This document shows, piece by piece, positions 46,684-55,517 of a stretch of DNA of 64,000 nucleotides; position 1 is the stretch's first letter, and each line of letters opens with the position of its first letter. Made by a program: the position numbers and the translations under genes. The notes below the pieces were generated by a model. That model had not been told where the DNA came from and ran no database searches. It was given only the letters and a program-made list of their open reading frames with translations. The stretch lies in NCBI GenBank assembly GCA_023144635.1, contig JAGLFH010000037.1, positions 26,489-90,488 on the forward strand. The letters run 5' to 3'. Source of the stretch: Candidatus Auribacterota bacterium (GTDB lineage Bacteria; Auribacterota; JAFGBW01; JAFGJP01).

Positions 46684-47427
46684 CTAGTATGAACTTCCAG
46701 GATTTTCCTCTCTTTTTTCTAAATATGTAATGTATTTAAAAACTTCTTCCAGCGCTTCAGAATATTCCTTTGAAAACTCCATACCATTCTGATACAACTG
46801 GCCATCCATTACTTTTCTGGAATGCCTTATAATTCCTTCAAGTTTGATAGGATTAGGAAAACTTGTAGGTACTATCATTTTCATCCTTATTTGACAGCCT
46901 TCCTTTATTTCTATATCACTGTTAAATAATAATCCACCTGATGATATATCAACTATCTGAGATGTTTTTATACTGCCTGAGCCAAGTTCAATATATTGAA
47001 TAATAACCTGAGATTTTAAACGTTTATAACGGCGGTTTTCATGATTCAAGAAAGAAGCTTTTTCAGCATTCTCTTCTGCATCACCCTTATCGGCACCTAA
47101 ATAATCAAGATAATCATTTATTTCTTCAGTTATCTCCGGAGTATTCTCAGTAAATTTGATTCCAGTATTATACAACATATCCTTCATTTTTTCGCGAGAA
47201 TGAAGAACAATTCCTTTTATATTAAGCTTATCAGGATAGCTTGTAGGTACAAGTACATTGATCTCGATTGGAGTGTTTGGGGGATAATCTTTTGCTGTTG
47301 TAAACTGCATTCCGCTTCTACTTATATCAAGAAGCTGGGAAGAGTTAAATTTCTCATCATATAAGCCCTTATAAAAAAGCACTATATGAGTTTCTATGCG
47401 CTCATGTTTTCTGCTAAAATTGCTCAT
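46684..47427 (-). CDS. tandem PilZ domain protein
   Basis: 247 aa; two PilZ-like units (RKHERIETH...DISRSGMQF and RRYKRLKSQ...DISSGGLLF). Confidence 0.65.
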   Translation of the reverse strand: MSNFSRKHERIETHIVLFYKGLYDEKFNSSQLLDISRSGMQFTTAKDYPPNTPIEINVLVPTSYPDKLNIKGIVLHSREKMKDMLYNTGIKFTENTPEITEEINDYLDYLGADKGDAEENAEKASFLNHENRRYKRLKSQVIIQYIELGSGSIKTSQIVDISSGGLLFNSDIEIKEGCQIRMKMIVPTSFPNPIKLEGIIRHSRKVMDGQLYQNGMEFSKEYSEALEEVFKYITYLEKREENPGSSY

Positions 47428-47891
47428 TTTTCCTTTTTACTTTGATTTAAAAGCAACTGCAGTTCACTCATAAACTGATTTATATCCTTAAACTGTCTAT
47501 AGACAGAAGCAAAGCGGACATATGCTACTTCATCTATTTTCTGAAGTTTTTTTATTACCATTTCACCAATAACATCAGACTGGATTTCCTTTAATGCGTT
47601 CCTGTTAATATACTTTTCAATTTCTGTAACTATCTCCTCTATTTGTTCTGTGCTGACCGGTCTTTTTTCACAAGCTCTAGAAATACCACCAAACAATTTT
47701 ACACGGTCAAAATTTTCACGGCTTTTATCTTTTTTTATAACTTTTACAGGAACTTCTTCGGTTTTTTCATAAGTAGTAAACCGACTATCACATTTAATAC
47801 ATTCACGCCTACGCCTTATTTTATCCCCTTCAGGAGAAAGCCGTGAATCTATTACTCTGTCATTGAGATGTCCGCAAAAAGGGCATTTCAT
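47424..47891 (-). CDS. nrdR: transcriptional repressor NrdR
   Basis: 155 aa; MKCPFCGH...RVIDSR zinc ribbon plus ATP-cone (VIKKDKSRENFDRVKL). Confidence 0.92.
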   Translation of the reverse strand: MKCPFCGHLNDRVIDSRLSPEGDKIRRRRECIKCDSRFTTYEKTEEVPVKVIKKDKSRENFDRVKLFGGISRACEKRPVSTEQIEEIVTEIEKYINRNALKEIQSDVIGEMVIKKLQKIDEVAYVRFASVYRQFKDINQFMSELQLLLNQSKKEK

Positions 47892-47978
47892 AATATGTCT
47901 TCCTTTATAACTGATTTATATTATTGATGCAATAAATAAAAAGATCAAAAAAAGTGACTAAAATACGTTAAAGTTTCT

Positions 47979-48027
47979 CCACCCCGCAGGAGTAAACAAA
48001 TTACACCTACGGGGTGGTGGTCTTTTT
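47979..48027 (+). repeat. terminator-like hairpin repeat (second copy, plus orientation inside a minus-strand operon gap)
   Basis: ccaccccgcaggagtaaacaaattacacctacggggtggtggtcttttt; between nrdR and glyA. Confidence 0.45.
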
Positions 48028-48082
48028 CAAATTACACAAGTAAAAAACAAATTCTAAATATCAAATTAGATTCAAGACATAT

Positions 48083-48120
48083 CATACACGGGCGTATTGC
48101 AATACGCCCCTACTAACTTT
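48083..48120 (+). repeat. REP-like hairpin unit
   Basis: cacGGGCGTATTGCAATACGCCCctactaac; identical to 13990-14009. Confidence 0.75.
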
Positions 48121-48155
48121 TTACTTTTCCATTTGTGGCTAATTGCCTTTTGTTC

Positions 48156-48195
48156 TTTCACACGGACAGGCACAGAGACCTGTCCCTACATATAT
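48156..48195 (+). repeat. REP-like hairpin unit
   Basis: cacacGGACAGGcacagagaCCTGTCCctacata; identical core at 55483-55504. Confidence 0.7.
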
Positions 48196-48261
48196 TTTAT
48201 TTTTTATTTTAATGTCGTCGAAGGCTCCTTTCACGAACACCAAACGACGAACCACGAGTTT

Positions 48262-49506
48262 TTATATTCCTTCATAAAGAGGAAATTTTTTGCAAAGTGC
48301 ATGAACAGAATCTTTTACTTTCTGAATTTCAGCATCTCTACCACCTGATTTCAAAGTTTGCGAAATAAACTGTGCTATAAGTTTCATTTCTTCCACGCCC
48401 ATACCGCGCGTAGTAACAGCAGGTGTACCTACCCTTATACCACTTGTTACAAAAGGAGACTGAGGATCAAAAGGAATAAGATTTTTATTTACAGTTATCT
48501 CTGACTTATACAGTAAATTTGCAGCATCTTTTCCTGTCATGTTTATACTTCTAAGGTCAACAAGCATGAGATGATTATCAGTACCACCTGAGACTATCCT
48601 TAAGCCTAGCTCCTCTAAAGAAGAAGCAAGTTGTTTTGCATTTTCTATTATTCTCTTCTGATAAAGTTTAAATTCATCTGTTAATGCTTCTTTAAGTGCA
48701 ACTGCTTTTGCAGCTATAACATGCATAAGCGGGCCACCCTGTATGCCCGGGAAAACGTGCATGTTTATATCCTTAGCATATTTTTCTTTAGCAAGAATAA
48801 GCCCCCCTCGTGGGCCACGAAGTGTTTTGTGAGTTGTTGTTGTTACAATATCACAGTATTCACAAGGATTAGGATGAAGTCCGGCTGCAACAAGGCCTGC
48901 AATATGTGCCATATCTACAACAAGAAAAGCATTTATTTTATCTGCAATTTCACGCAATCTTTTAAAATCAATTATTCTAGGATACGCAGAAGCACCGGCA
49001 AGTATCATTTGAGGTTTTTCATCTACAGCCATTTTTTCTAATTCATCATAATCGATCATTTCTGTTTCTTTTGAAACACCATAAGCAATGATCTGAAATA
49101 ATCTTCCTGAAAAATTCATTTTATGACCATGAGTCAAATGTCCTCCGTGATCAAGACTCATTGCAAGTATCTTGTCTCCTGGTTTAATGATAGCAAAATA
49201 TGCAGCCATATTAGCCTGAGATCCTGAATGAGGCTGAACATTAGCATACTCTGCTTTAAAAAGTTCTTTAGCCCTTTCTATAGCAAGAGATTCAACTACA
49301 TCCATATATTCACATCCGTTATACCATCTTTTTCCCGGATATCCTTCTGCATACTTATTAGTAAGGACAGAACCCTGTGCTTCAAAAACAGCACGTGATG
49401 TAAAATTTTCCGATGCTATAAGCTCAAGACCATTTTGCTGGCGTTTAATTTCATTTCTAACAGCCTGAAACACTTCCGGATCAGTTCTCTCAAGATATTC
49501 CATCAT
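48262..49506 (-). CDS. glyA: serine hydroxymethyltransferase
   Basis: 414 aa; [22 protein letters not shown]-lysine region [14 protein letters not shown]. Confidence 0.95.
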   Translation of the reverse strand: MMEYLERTDPEVFQAVRNEIKRQQNGLELIASENFTSRAVFEAQGSVLTNKYAEGYPGKRWYNGCEYMDVVESLAIERAKELFKAEYANVQPHSGSQANMAAYFAIIKPGDKILAMSLDHGGHLTHGHKMNFSGRLFQIIAYGVSKETEMIDYDELEKMAVDEKPQMILAGASAYPRIIDFKRLREIADKINAFLVVDMAHIAGLVAAGLHPNPCEYCDIVTTTTHKTLRGPRGGLILAKEKYAKDINMHVFPGIQGGPLMHVIAAKAVALKEALTDEFKLYQKRIIENAKQLASSLEELGLRIVSGGTDNHLMLVDLRSINMTGKDAANLLYKSEITVNKNLIPFDPQSPFVTSGIRVGTPAVTTRGMGVEEMKLIAQFISQTLKSGGRDAEIQKVKDSVHALCKKFPLYEGI

Positions 49507-49948
49507 TATTGCTCCTCTCGATATCAGTTATCTTATCCACACGTCTTCCATGCCTTCCGCCCTCAAATTCTGTATTAAGCCAGATATCCAATATTTCAAC
49601 TGCTGTTTTATCCTCTACAAAAGCACCTCCAAGAGCAAGCACGTTAGCATCATTGTGCTTCCTGCTCATTTCTGCCGCTTTTGGAGTTCTACAAAGTGCA
49701 GCTCTTATTCCACGTACCTTATTAGCAACCATAGACATTCCAATACCTGTTGTACAAATAACTATTCCTTTATCTGCCTTTTTATCTGCTACTGCACGCG
49801 CTGCCTTTATACCAAAATCAGGGTAATCTACAGAATCTTTATTGGGACATCCAAAATCATCAACTTCATATTCTTTTTTTAGAAGATATTCTTTTACAAA
49901 TTCTTTTAACTCAAATCCTCCATGATCACTGGCAATTGCTATTTTCAT
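49490..49948 (-). CDS. rpiB: ribose-5-phosphate isomerase B
   Basis: 152 aa; [25 protein letters not shown] motifs. Confidence 0.9.
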   Translation of the reverse strand: MKIAIASDHGGFELKEFVKEYLLKKEYEVDDFGCPNKDSVDYPDFGIKAARAVADKKADKGIVICTTGIGMSMVANKVRGIRAALCRTPKAAEMSRKHNDANVLALGGAFVEDKTAVEILDIWLNTEFEGGRHGRRVDKITDIERSNNDGIS

Positions 49949-50412
49949 ATAATATCAGCCACCTTTTCTATTGCTGGTTTCATTAATTCAAAACAATTTT
50001 CATAAGCATGCATTGGAAGACCTATTGGATCAAAAACATCAGGATCTTTAGGATTATGATTTTCCTCAAATTCTCTTAAAAGATAAATCTTTTTTTTACT
50101 TTCAGGAAACCTTTCTTCAAGTTCCCTTACATGTGACCATGTCATTCCAAGTATAATATCTGATGCTTCCACAAGTGCACCTGTTACAGGCTTTGCTTTA
50201 TTTCCACTTATATCAAGAGCAACGTCTGATAAAACCTGGATTGCATGAGCACTTGGAGAAGACCCTTCATACGCGGCAAGTCCTGCAGAATATACTATAA
50301 CATCCATTTTATTTATATTTTTAAGTACTTCTTTCATATATCCTTCTGCCATCTGAGAACGGCAAGAATTTCCTGTACAAACAAAAAGTACTGCTTTTTC
50401 GCGTTTATCCAT
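49945..50412 (-). CDS. low-molecular-weight protein-tyrosine phosphatase / ArsC-like
   Basis: 155 aa; VLFVCTGNSCRSQMAEG is the LMW-PTP P-loop (CxGNxCRS). Confidence 0.85.
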   Translation of the reverse strand: MDKREKAVLFVCTGNSCRSQMAEGYMKEVLKNINKMDVIVYSAGLAAYEGSSPSAHAIQVLSDVALDISGNKAKPVTGALVEASDIILGMTWSHVRELEERFPESKKKIYLLREFEENHNPKDPDVFDPIGLPMHAYENCFELMKPAIEKVADII

Positions 50413-50484
50413 AATTCCCCTTATAATGTTGTTACATATTAAAGAAATAGTATATTACTATGAATATATTATATTTGCAAATAG

Positions 50485-50625
50485 TGATATAAAAATCAGA
50501 TGACAGAAGACAGAGGGCAGATAACAGAAAACCACATGATTCGTCTTTGGCGAAAACGTGGCTTCGCAGAGGATAGAAGATAGAAAAAGCAAGAGAAAAA
50601 CACAAGATTAAGGCAAAACAGAAGA
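50485..50625. repeat. T-depleted purine-rich low-complexity tract
   Basis: gatgacagaagacagagggcagataacagaaaacc...ggatagaagatagaaaaagcaagagaaaaacacaagattaaggcaaaacagaagaaaaag. Confidence 0.45.
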
Positions 50626-50632
50626 AAAAGAT

Positions 50633-50690
50633 CAGTTAATTGGTTAACTCATTAAAAAGTTAACTGGTTAAAGGAACGCTCCGCTGATTA
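50633..50690 (+). repeat. intergenic repeat module (CAGTTAATTGGTT... family)
   Basis: cagttaattggttaactcattaaaaagttaactggttaaaggaacgct. Confidence 0.6.
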
Positions 50691-50953
50691 TTATAATAAT
50701 GACCAAGGAAAAACACGAGAGGAAAAGTAATTCGTGGTTAATTAATATTATATCGCCGAAAGCTCATTAATTTCACATTTTCTGGTTTTTTTACCTGGCT
50801 TCCGCGGTCTCTCCCAACAAGATGGCGGACAAGTAAACTACGTGATGACAACATTATACGTTTTACTTTTATCTTTTAACCATTTACTATGGACTATTGT
50901 CTATCGACTATTTTTGTTTTTTCTATTATCTGCTATCTGCCTTCTGATTTCTG

Positions 50954-51925
50954 TCACTCATATCCAAGCTGTTTAAAAAGTTTATCGGTAGATTTTAAAT
51001 ATATATCTTTATTTATTTCTTCTAGCCAGTGTTCTTTTATATATTCATTTGCCTGGACACGTGCATCTCCCCAACCCTGCCCCACCCACATAGGCTGGTC
51101 TTCCCAATTGCTGTTTATATAACTAATAGCTTTAATATTATGCTTTTTTACAAACTTGAAAAATAATTTATACCATGCTTCCCAGCCTGTTTTATCAAGA
51201 GATGTACTCATTCCCTTCGGCGTAGCTTCTCCTATCATCACAGGTTTATTATATTTTTTTGCAAACGCTATGACAGGTTCCATCATATCTTCAGGCTGGC
51301 TGAAATAGGAAAGACCTATCCAATCAACATAAGCATCTCCCGGATACCATTTGATAAGGTCAGGTTCTACCTGATGACCGTGTGCATGCCACACATAAGC
51401 TGTATTATTTACTCCTGCATCTTTTAGCTTATCTACAAGATAACAATAAGCTTTTTTATATTCTTCAGGATCATGATGATTGTGCGGGCCATTGAATTCA
51501 TACCCTATACGAAGATATACGGGTACTTTAACCTTTTTAAGCCAGCCTGCTAATAAAACTATATTGTCATCATACAGGCCTTCATAAGTCTTTGATAAAG
51601 CATCTACCATGTAAAGCCCTATCTGGATAACAGTAAACGGATACTTATTCAAAAGCTCATCAGCATAGAATGTACCTGACCCATAATCCTTTGAAATATA
51701 ATTTAGTCCATCCATATCCTGAATCGAAGTATATATCATGAAACCGCCGGGGATGTTTCCTGTATCATCAATATATGTTTCTATGGTCTTATTATCCTGA
51801 CCGATTATTAGAAGGACCTTATCTTGTGGGGGTTCGAGTTTTGATAAAACATTTTCTGCAAAAGAAGTATGACAAAAAAAGATAAAAAATAATTGCAACA
51901 TGAAAAGTGAAATAATAAATCTCAT
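50954..51925 (-). CDS. secreted glycoside hydrolase, clan GH-A-like (GH26/GH5-like)
   Basis: 323 aa with signal peptide; candidate catalytic glutamates in RIGYEFNGPHN and MIGEATPKG; family assignment by eye only. Confidence 0.45.
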   Translation of the reverse strand: MRFIISLFMLQLFFIFFCHTSFAENVLSKLEPPQDKVLLIIGQDNKTIETYIDDTGNIPGGFMIYTSIQDMDGLNYISKDYGSGTFYADELLNKYPFTVIQIGLYMVDALSKTYEGLYDDNIVLLAGWLKKVKVPVYLRIGYEFNGPHNHHDPEEYKKAYCYLVDKLKDAGVNNTAYVWHAHGHQVEPDLIKWYPGDAYVDWIGLSYFSQPEDMMEPVIAFAKKYNKPVMIGEATPKGMSTSLDKTGWEAWYKLFFKFVKKHNIKAISYINSNWEDQPMWVGQGWGDARVQANEYIKEHWLEEINKDIYLKSTDKLFKQLGYE

Positions 51926-51971
51926 AATAATTCCTTTCTATTATTAATTTATAAAAAATATTTGAGTAATC

Positions 51972-52697
51972 TTAGTAATTACCATGGAAATCTGCATCAT
52001 AATCAAATATCGGCTCCTTAGATAGATCAATTACTCTATGATAACCTGCTGTGTTTCTCTTTCTTGTAGTAGATCCGGCATCATAGCAACGTTTAATCCC
52101 CCATTTACCATGCCTTTTTTTGCCTAAATGATTATGACCGTAAAGCAGAGCATCAATGTTTCCATTTTCCATTAAAACATTTCCAAGTTCTTTTGAATCC
52201 TTAAGTTCATGGAAAGGAAGCGGATCAAAAGGATGGTGATGCATATATACAACTATATATTTACTATTCTTTACCTCTTTAAGTGTAAGTACTTTGCTAA
52301 GACGATCCAGCTGATTTGTTCCGATTTGACCTTCAGCAAAAAGCCTGTTATACCAATGGATCTCCTCTGCCATAGAATCAATACCTATAAATGCTATATT
52401 ATCTATAATATCGAGCTTTGGATATTGTACATTTGAATTTTCTAAGATCTTTTCTTTAAAAAGCGAAACAAATTTTTTAGAGCTTTTGGAAGCTGTTCCG
52501 TAATCATGATTTCCGGGAACTACAAGCACAGTAAAACCTGCTGATTCAAGTTTTCTTATATACATCCTTGCTTCAAGATAATTAGAAGGGTCTATTGCGT
52601 TTTCGACCAGATCACCAGTTATTACTATCACATAATCCTTAGCAGGTTCTTTTAAAAAAATAATACTTTCTAATATACACTTGAATCTTTCTCCCAT
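51972..52697 (-). CDS. metallophosphoesterase (calcineurin-like); true N-terminus probably 16 codons upstream at an ATA codon (52745)
   Basis: GDLVENA (motif II), GNHD (III), HHHP, GHNH present; motif I (IIHLSDIHVGF) lies in-frame upstream of the first ATG, with no ATG/GTG/TTG available and GGAGG 6 nt before an ATA. Confidence 0.8.
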   Translation of the reverse strand: MGERFKCILESIIFLKEPAKDYVIVITGDLVENAIDPSNYLEARMYIRKLESAGFTVLVVPGNHDYGTASKSSKKFVSLFKEKILENSNVQYPKLDIIDNIAFIGIDSMAEEIHWYNRLFAEGQIGTNQLDRLSKVLTLKEVKNSKYIVVYMHHHPFDPLPFHELKDSKELGNVLMENGNIDALLYGHNHLGKKRHGKWGIKRCYDAGSTTRKRNTAGYHRVIDLSKEPIFDYDADFHGNY

Positions 52698-52805
52698 ATT
52701 CTCAAAACCAACATGTATATCACTTAAATGTATTATCTTTTTTATTTCAGACCTCCATAAGGTTTTACTAAATTATATCATAAAAAATAGTAGGGCAGAT
52801 ACTTT

Positions 52806-54659
52806 TCAGAACATCTGTTCTTCCTCTTCAAATTCCTTAATTTTTTCCTCATATACTTCTGTTGTTTTTCCAAGTTCTTCATAACCAGTATCTATTAGAC
52901 CCTGTAATTCCTGAACGAACCTTGATAGTTCGGATATAGCACTTATATTTGAAGAGTTAGAAGCATCTATAAGAGCTTCCATCTTTTCTTTTAAAACTTT
53001 TTCTCTTTCCTCAATCTCTTTTTCCAGTAATGGGATTTTGTTTTTATATGGAGTCAATACTCTTGAACGCCTATTTATAAATTCTGCCCGAGCTTTCTTT
53101 TTCTGTTTTATTGATACTGATTTATTAATTCCATTTTTATCCTCAGACTTTTCCTTTGTAAGGTCACCGTTAGTATCTCCCCAACCTACTTCATCAAGAA
53201 AATCTTCATAACCTCCATGATAAATAAATAATCCGTTATCGTGAAAAACGATCAGCTTTTTTGCAACCCTATATAAAAACTCTTCATTATGAGTAACGAT
53301 CACTGATGCACCGTCAAAATTATCTACTGCATCTATTATTCCCTCACATGATTCCATATCAAGATGATGGGTAGGTTCATCAAGTAAAAGTACATTTGCC
53401 GGTGTTACAAGCATTTTACCAAGGAGGACACGGCATCTTTCTCCTCCTGATAAAACACTTATTTTTTTAAGAGCATTATCTCCGGAAAACATCATTAAGC
53501 CGCAGATATCCCTGCTTCTTTTGTTATCACTTCCAGATCGGCAGGATAAAATTTCTTCTTCAACACTCAAATCATCTCTTAAGTTTGCAGTGTCACCCTG
53601 CTCAAAATAAGCTTTTTTAGTTTGAGGGTGGTAACGAACCTGACCATTCTTAGGGTTGAGTCTTTCTGCGAGCAGCTTTAAAAGCGTTGTCTTACCTTTA
53701 CCATTTTTTCCGATAATGCAAATTCTATCATTTTTTGCCACAGCAAGATTAAAATTATCTATTAGTTTTGGAGAATCATCGGAATAAGAAAAACTGAGAT
53801 CAGCAATATCCATTACATATTTTGCCGGAAAAGAGGCAAAATTAAAAGAGAACGAAAGAGTTGATATTTTATCCAGTTTTTCCAGCTCCTGCTCTTTTCT
53901 AATTCGCTTTACACGAGATTGTACCAATGATGCCCTTCTCGCTTTGGCTCTAAATTTATTTATAAACTCATTTGTCTTCTTGTGTTTCTTTTCAATATTG
54001 ATACGCTGTTTTTCATAAACCTCTTCTTCTTTTGAGACCCTTTCATAATAATTACCGGTTAAGCCAGTACATTTTTTAACATTTTTTCTATGAATACCCA
54101 CTATATGAGTTACAACGCTGTCCATAAAACATCTGTCGTGACTGACTATTACACATTCACCGCGCCAAGAATTTAAAAAACGTTCCAGCCACCTTATAGA
54201 AACAATATCAAGAAAGTTAGTAGGTTCATCAAGCAATAACAAATTAGGATTTGATACAAGCACTTTTGCAAGATTAAGACGTATTTTATAACCACCGGAA
54301 AATTCCAGAGGATCACGTAAAAAATCCTCTTCAAGAAAACCAAGTCCAGCAAGGACTTTCTTTACTTTCCACTCGTTTAAGTTTTCATGCTTAGGAAGCC
54401 CAAGACAACCTTCTTCAAGAACAGTTTTAGCACTAAAACTTATATGCTGGCTCAAATAACCTATACGGTAGTCTTTTGGAAGACTGATGGTGCCTTTATC
54501 ACAAGGCTCTTTCCCTGTAATCAAGTTAAAGAGTGTAGTCTTGCCGTGCCCATTTCTGCCTACAAGACCAACACGTTCACGGGGATTGATGCAAAAAGAA
54601 ACATCATCAAAAATAACCTGGTCCCCATATTGTTTGCTGATTTTCTGTATTAAGATCAT
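52806..54659 (-). CDS. ABC-F family ATPase (two ABC domains, no TM domain)
   Basis: 617 aa; two Walker A (GRNGHGKTT, GKNGKGKTT), two signatures (FSGGYKIRL, LSGGERCRV), linker with coiled-coil. Confidence 0.9.
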   Translation of the reverse strand: MILIQKISKQYGDQVIFDDVSFCINPRERVGLVGRNGHGKTTLFNLITGKEPCDKGTISLPKDYRIGYLSQHISFSAKTVLEEGCLGLPKHENLNEWKVKKVLAGLGFLEEDFLRDPLEFSGGYKIRLNLAKVLVSNPNLLLLDEPTNFLDIVSIRWLERFLNSWRGECVIVSHDRCFMDSVVTHIVGIHRKNVKKCTGLTGNYYERVSKEEEVYEKQRINIEKKHKKTNEFINKFRAKARRASLVQSRVKRIRKEQELEKLDKISTLSFSFNFASFPAKYVMDIADLSFSYSDDSPKLIDNFNLAVAKNDRICIIGKNGKGKTTLLKLLAERLNPKNGQVRYHPQTKKAYFEQGDTANLRDDLSVEEEILSCRSGSDNKRSRDICGLMMFSGDNALKKISVLSGGERCRVLLGKMLVTPANVLLLDEPTHHLDMESCEGIIDAVDNFDGASVIVTHNEEFLYRVAKKLIVFHDNGLFIYHGGYEDFLDEVGWGDTNGDLTKEKSEDKNGINKSVSIKQKKKARAEFINRRSRVLTPYKNKIPLLEKEIEEREKVLKEKMEALIDASNSSNISAISELSRFVQELQGLIDTGYEELGKTTEVYEEKIKEFEEEEQMF

Positions 54660-54727
54660 AGGTCAGTATTGTATCAATTCTTTTAAAAATCAAAAAGAAA
54701 TTAAAGGGAAACGGGTTAGATAATTGA

Positions 54728-55174
54728 TTATTCTGTTTTTGGGATATTGGTAAATACTTTTTGGCGGTCAAGAGAATATATCAACTTTGTTTGATCAACA
54801 ATAATTATCATTTTTAGTTTATCTTTTGATTCAAAAGAAAATTCAAAAGTCTCATTTACATTGTTTTCAAAATCAATAGTAAGTGTATTTTTCAACAAAG
54901 AATAAACACCCATTATTTCTTCAGCATATCCATCAAAAATATTTTTTTTCCTGCATTTACCATCTTCCGTAAAAGCATAGGTAGTTACCATATCCAAATC
55001 GCTACCCATTGCATTTGTTTCTACTATTTTCCACGTACCGATAATACTTGCATCTACATTAATTATGCGGGGAGTATCTTTCTTTACTGCAGTTGAAGTG
55101 GAATCGCATCCTTCAAGACAAAAAACAGCAAAAACCATACAAAAAAATACACTTATTATTGTTTTTGGATTCAT
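54728..55174 (-). CDS. putative lipoprotein
   Basis: 148 aa; signal peptide with lipobox-like LEGC. Confidence 0.55.
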   Translation of the reverse strand: MNPKTIISVFFCMVFAVFCLEGCDSTSTAVKKDTPRIINVDASIIGTWKIVETNAMGSDLDMVTTYAFTEDGKCRKKNIFDGYAEEIMGVYSLLKNTLTIDFENNVNETFEFSFESKDKLKMIIIVDQTKLIYSLDRQKVFTNIPKTE

Positions 55175-55365
55175 AACATCCCCTTGAATACTTTATAACT
55201 CTATATGAAATGTATTTTAAACCTTAATTTATATTTTTGAAAGGAAAAACTACTTCACCACGAAGGGCACGCCCGCTTTCGCTAAAGCTTTAGCGAGGCC
55301 TCATTGTCTCGTCGTAGCCTTGGCGTAGAACGGGAAGGAACACGAAGAAAAGCTTTTCTTTTTAC

Positions 55366-55400
55366 ATTACATGGGCGAAAGATTTTTCGCCCCTACTACT
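55366..55400 (+). repeat. REP-like hairpin unit
   Basis: tacatGGGCGAAAgattTTTCGCCCctactac; identical to 5926-5945. Confidence 0.7.
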
Positions 55401-55476
55401 TTTTACCTAGATTCCTGCCTAGCGGCAAGGTCGCTGGCATTCGCAGGAATGACATACGTAATAGTATTTTGTGCTT

Positions 55477-55515
55477 TTACACGGACAGGCACAGAGACCT
55501 GTCCCTACATGCGTT
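55477..55515 (+). repeat. REP-like hairpin unit
   Basis: ttttacacGGACAGGcacagagaCCTGTCCctacatgcg. Confidence 0.7.
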
Positions 55516-55517
55516 TA

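Noticed and set aside
48097-48348. 83-aa plus-strand ORF overlapping the end of glyA
   Set aside because: Starts inside REP-like units and runs antisense into glyA; repeat-derived.
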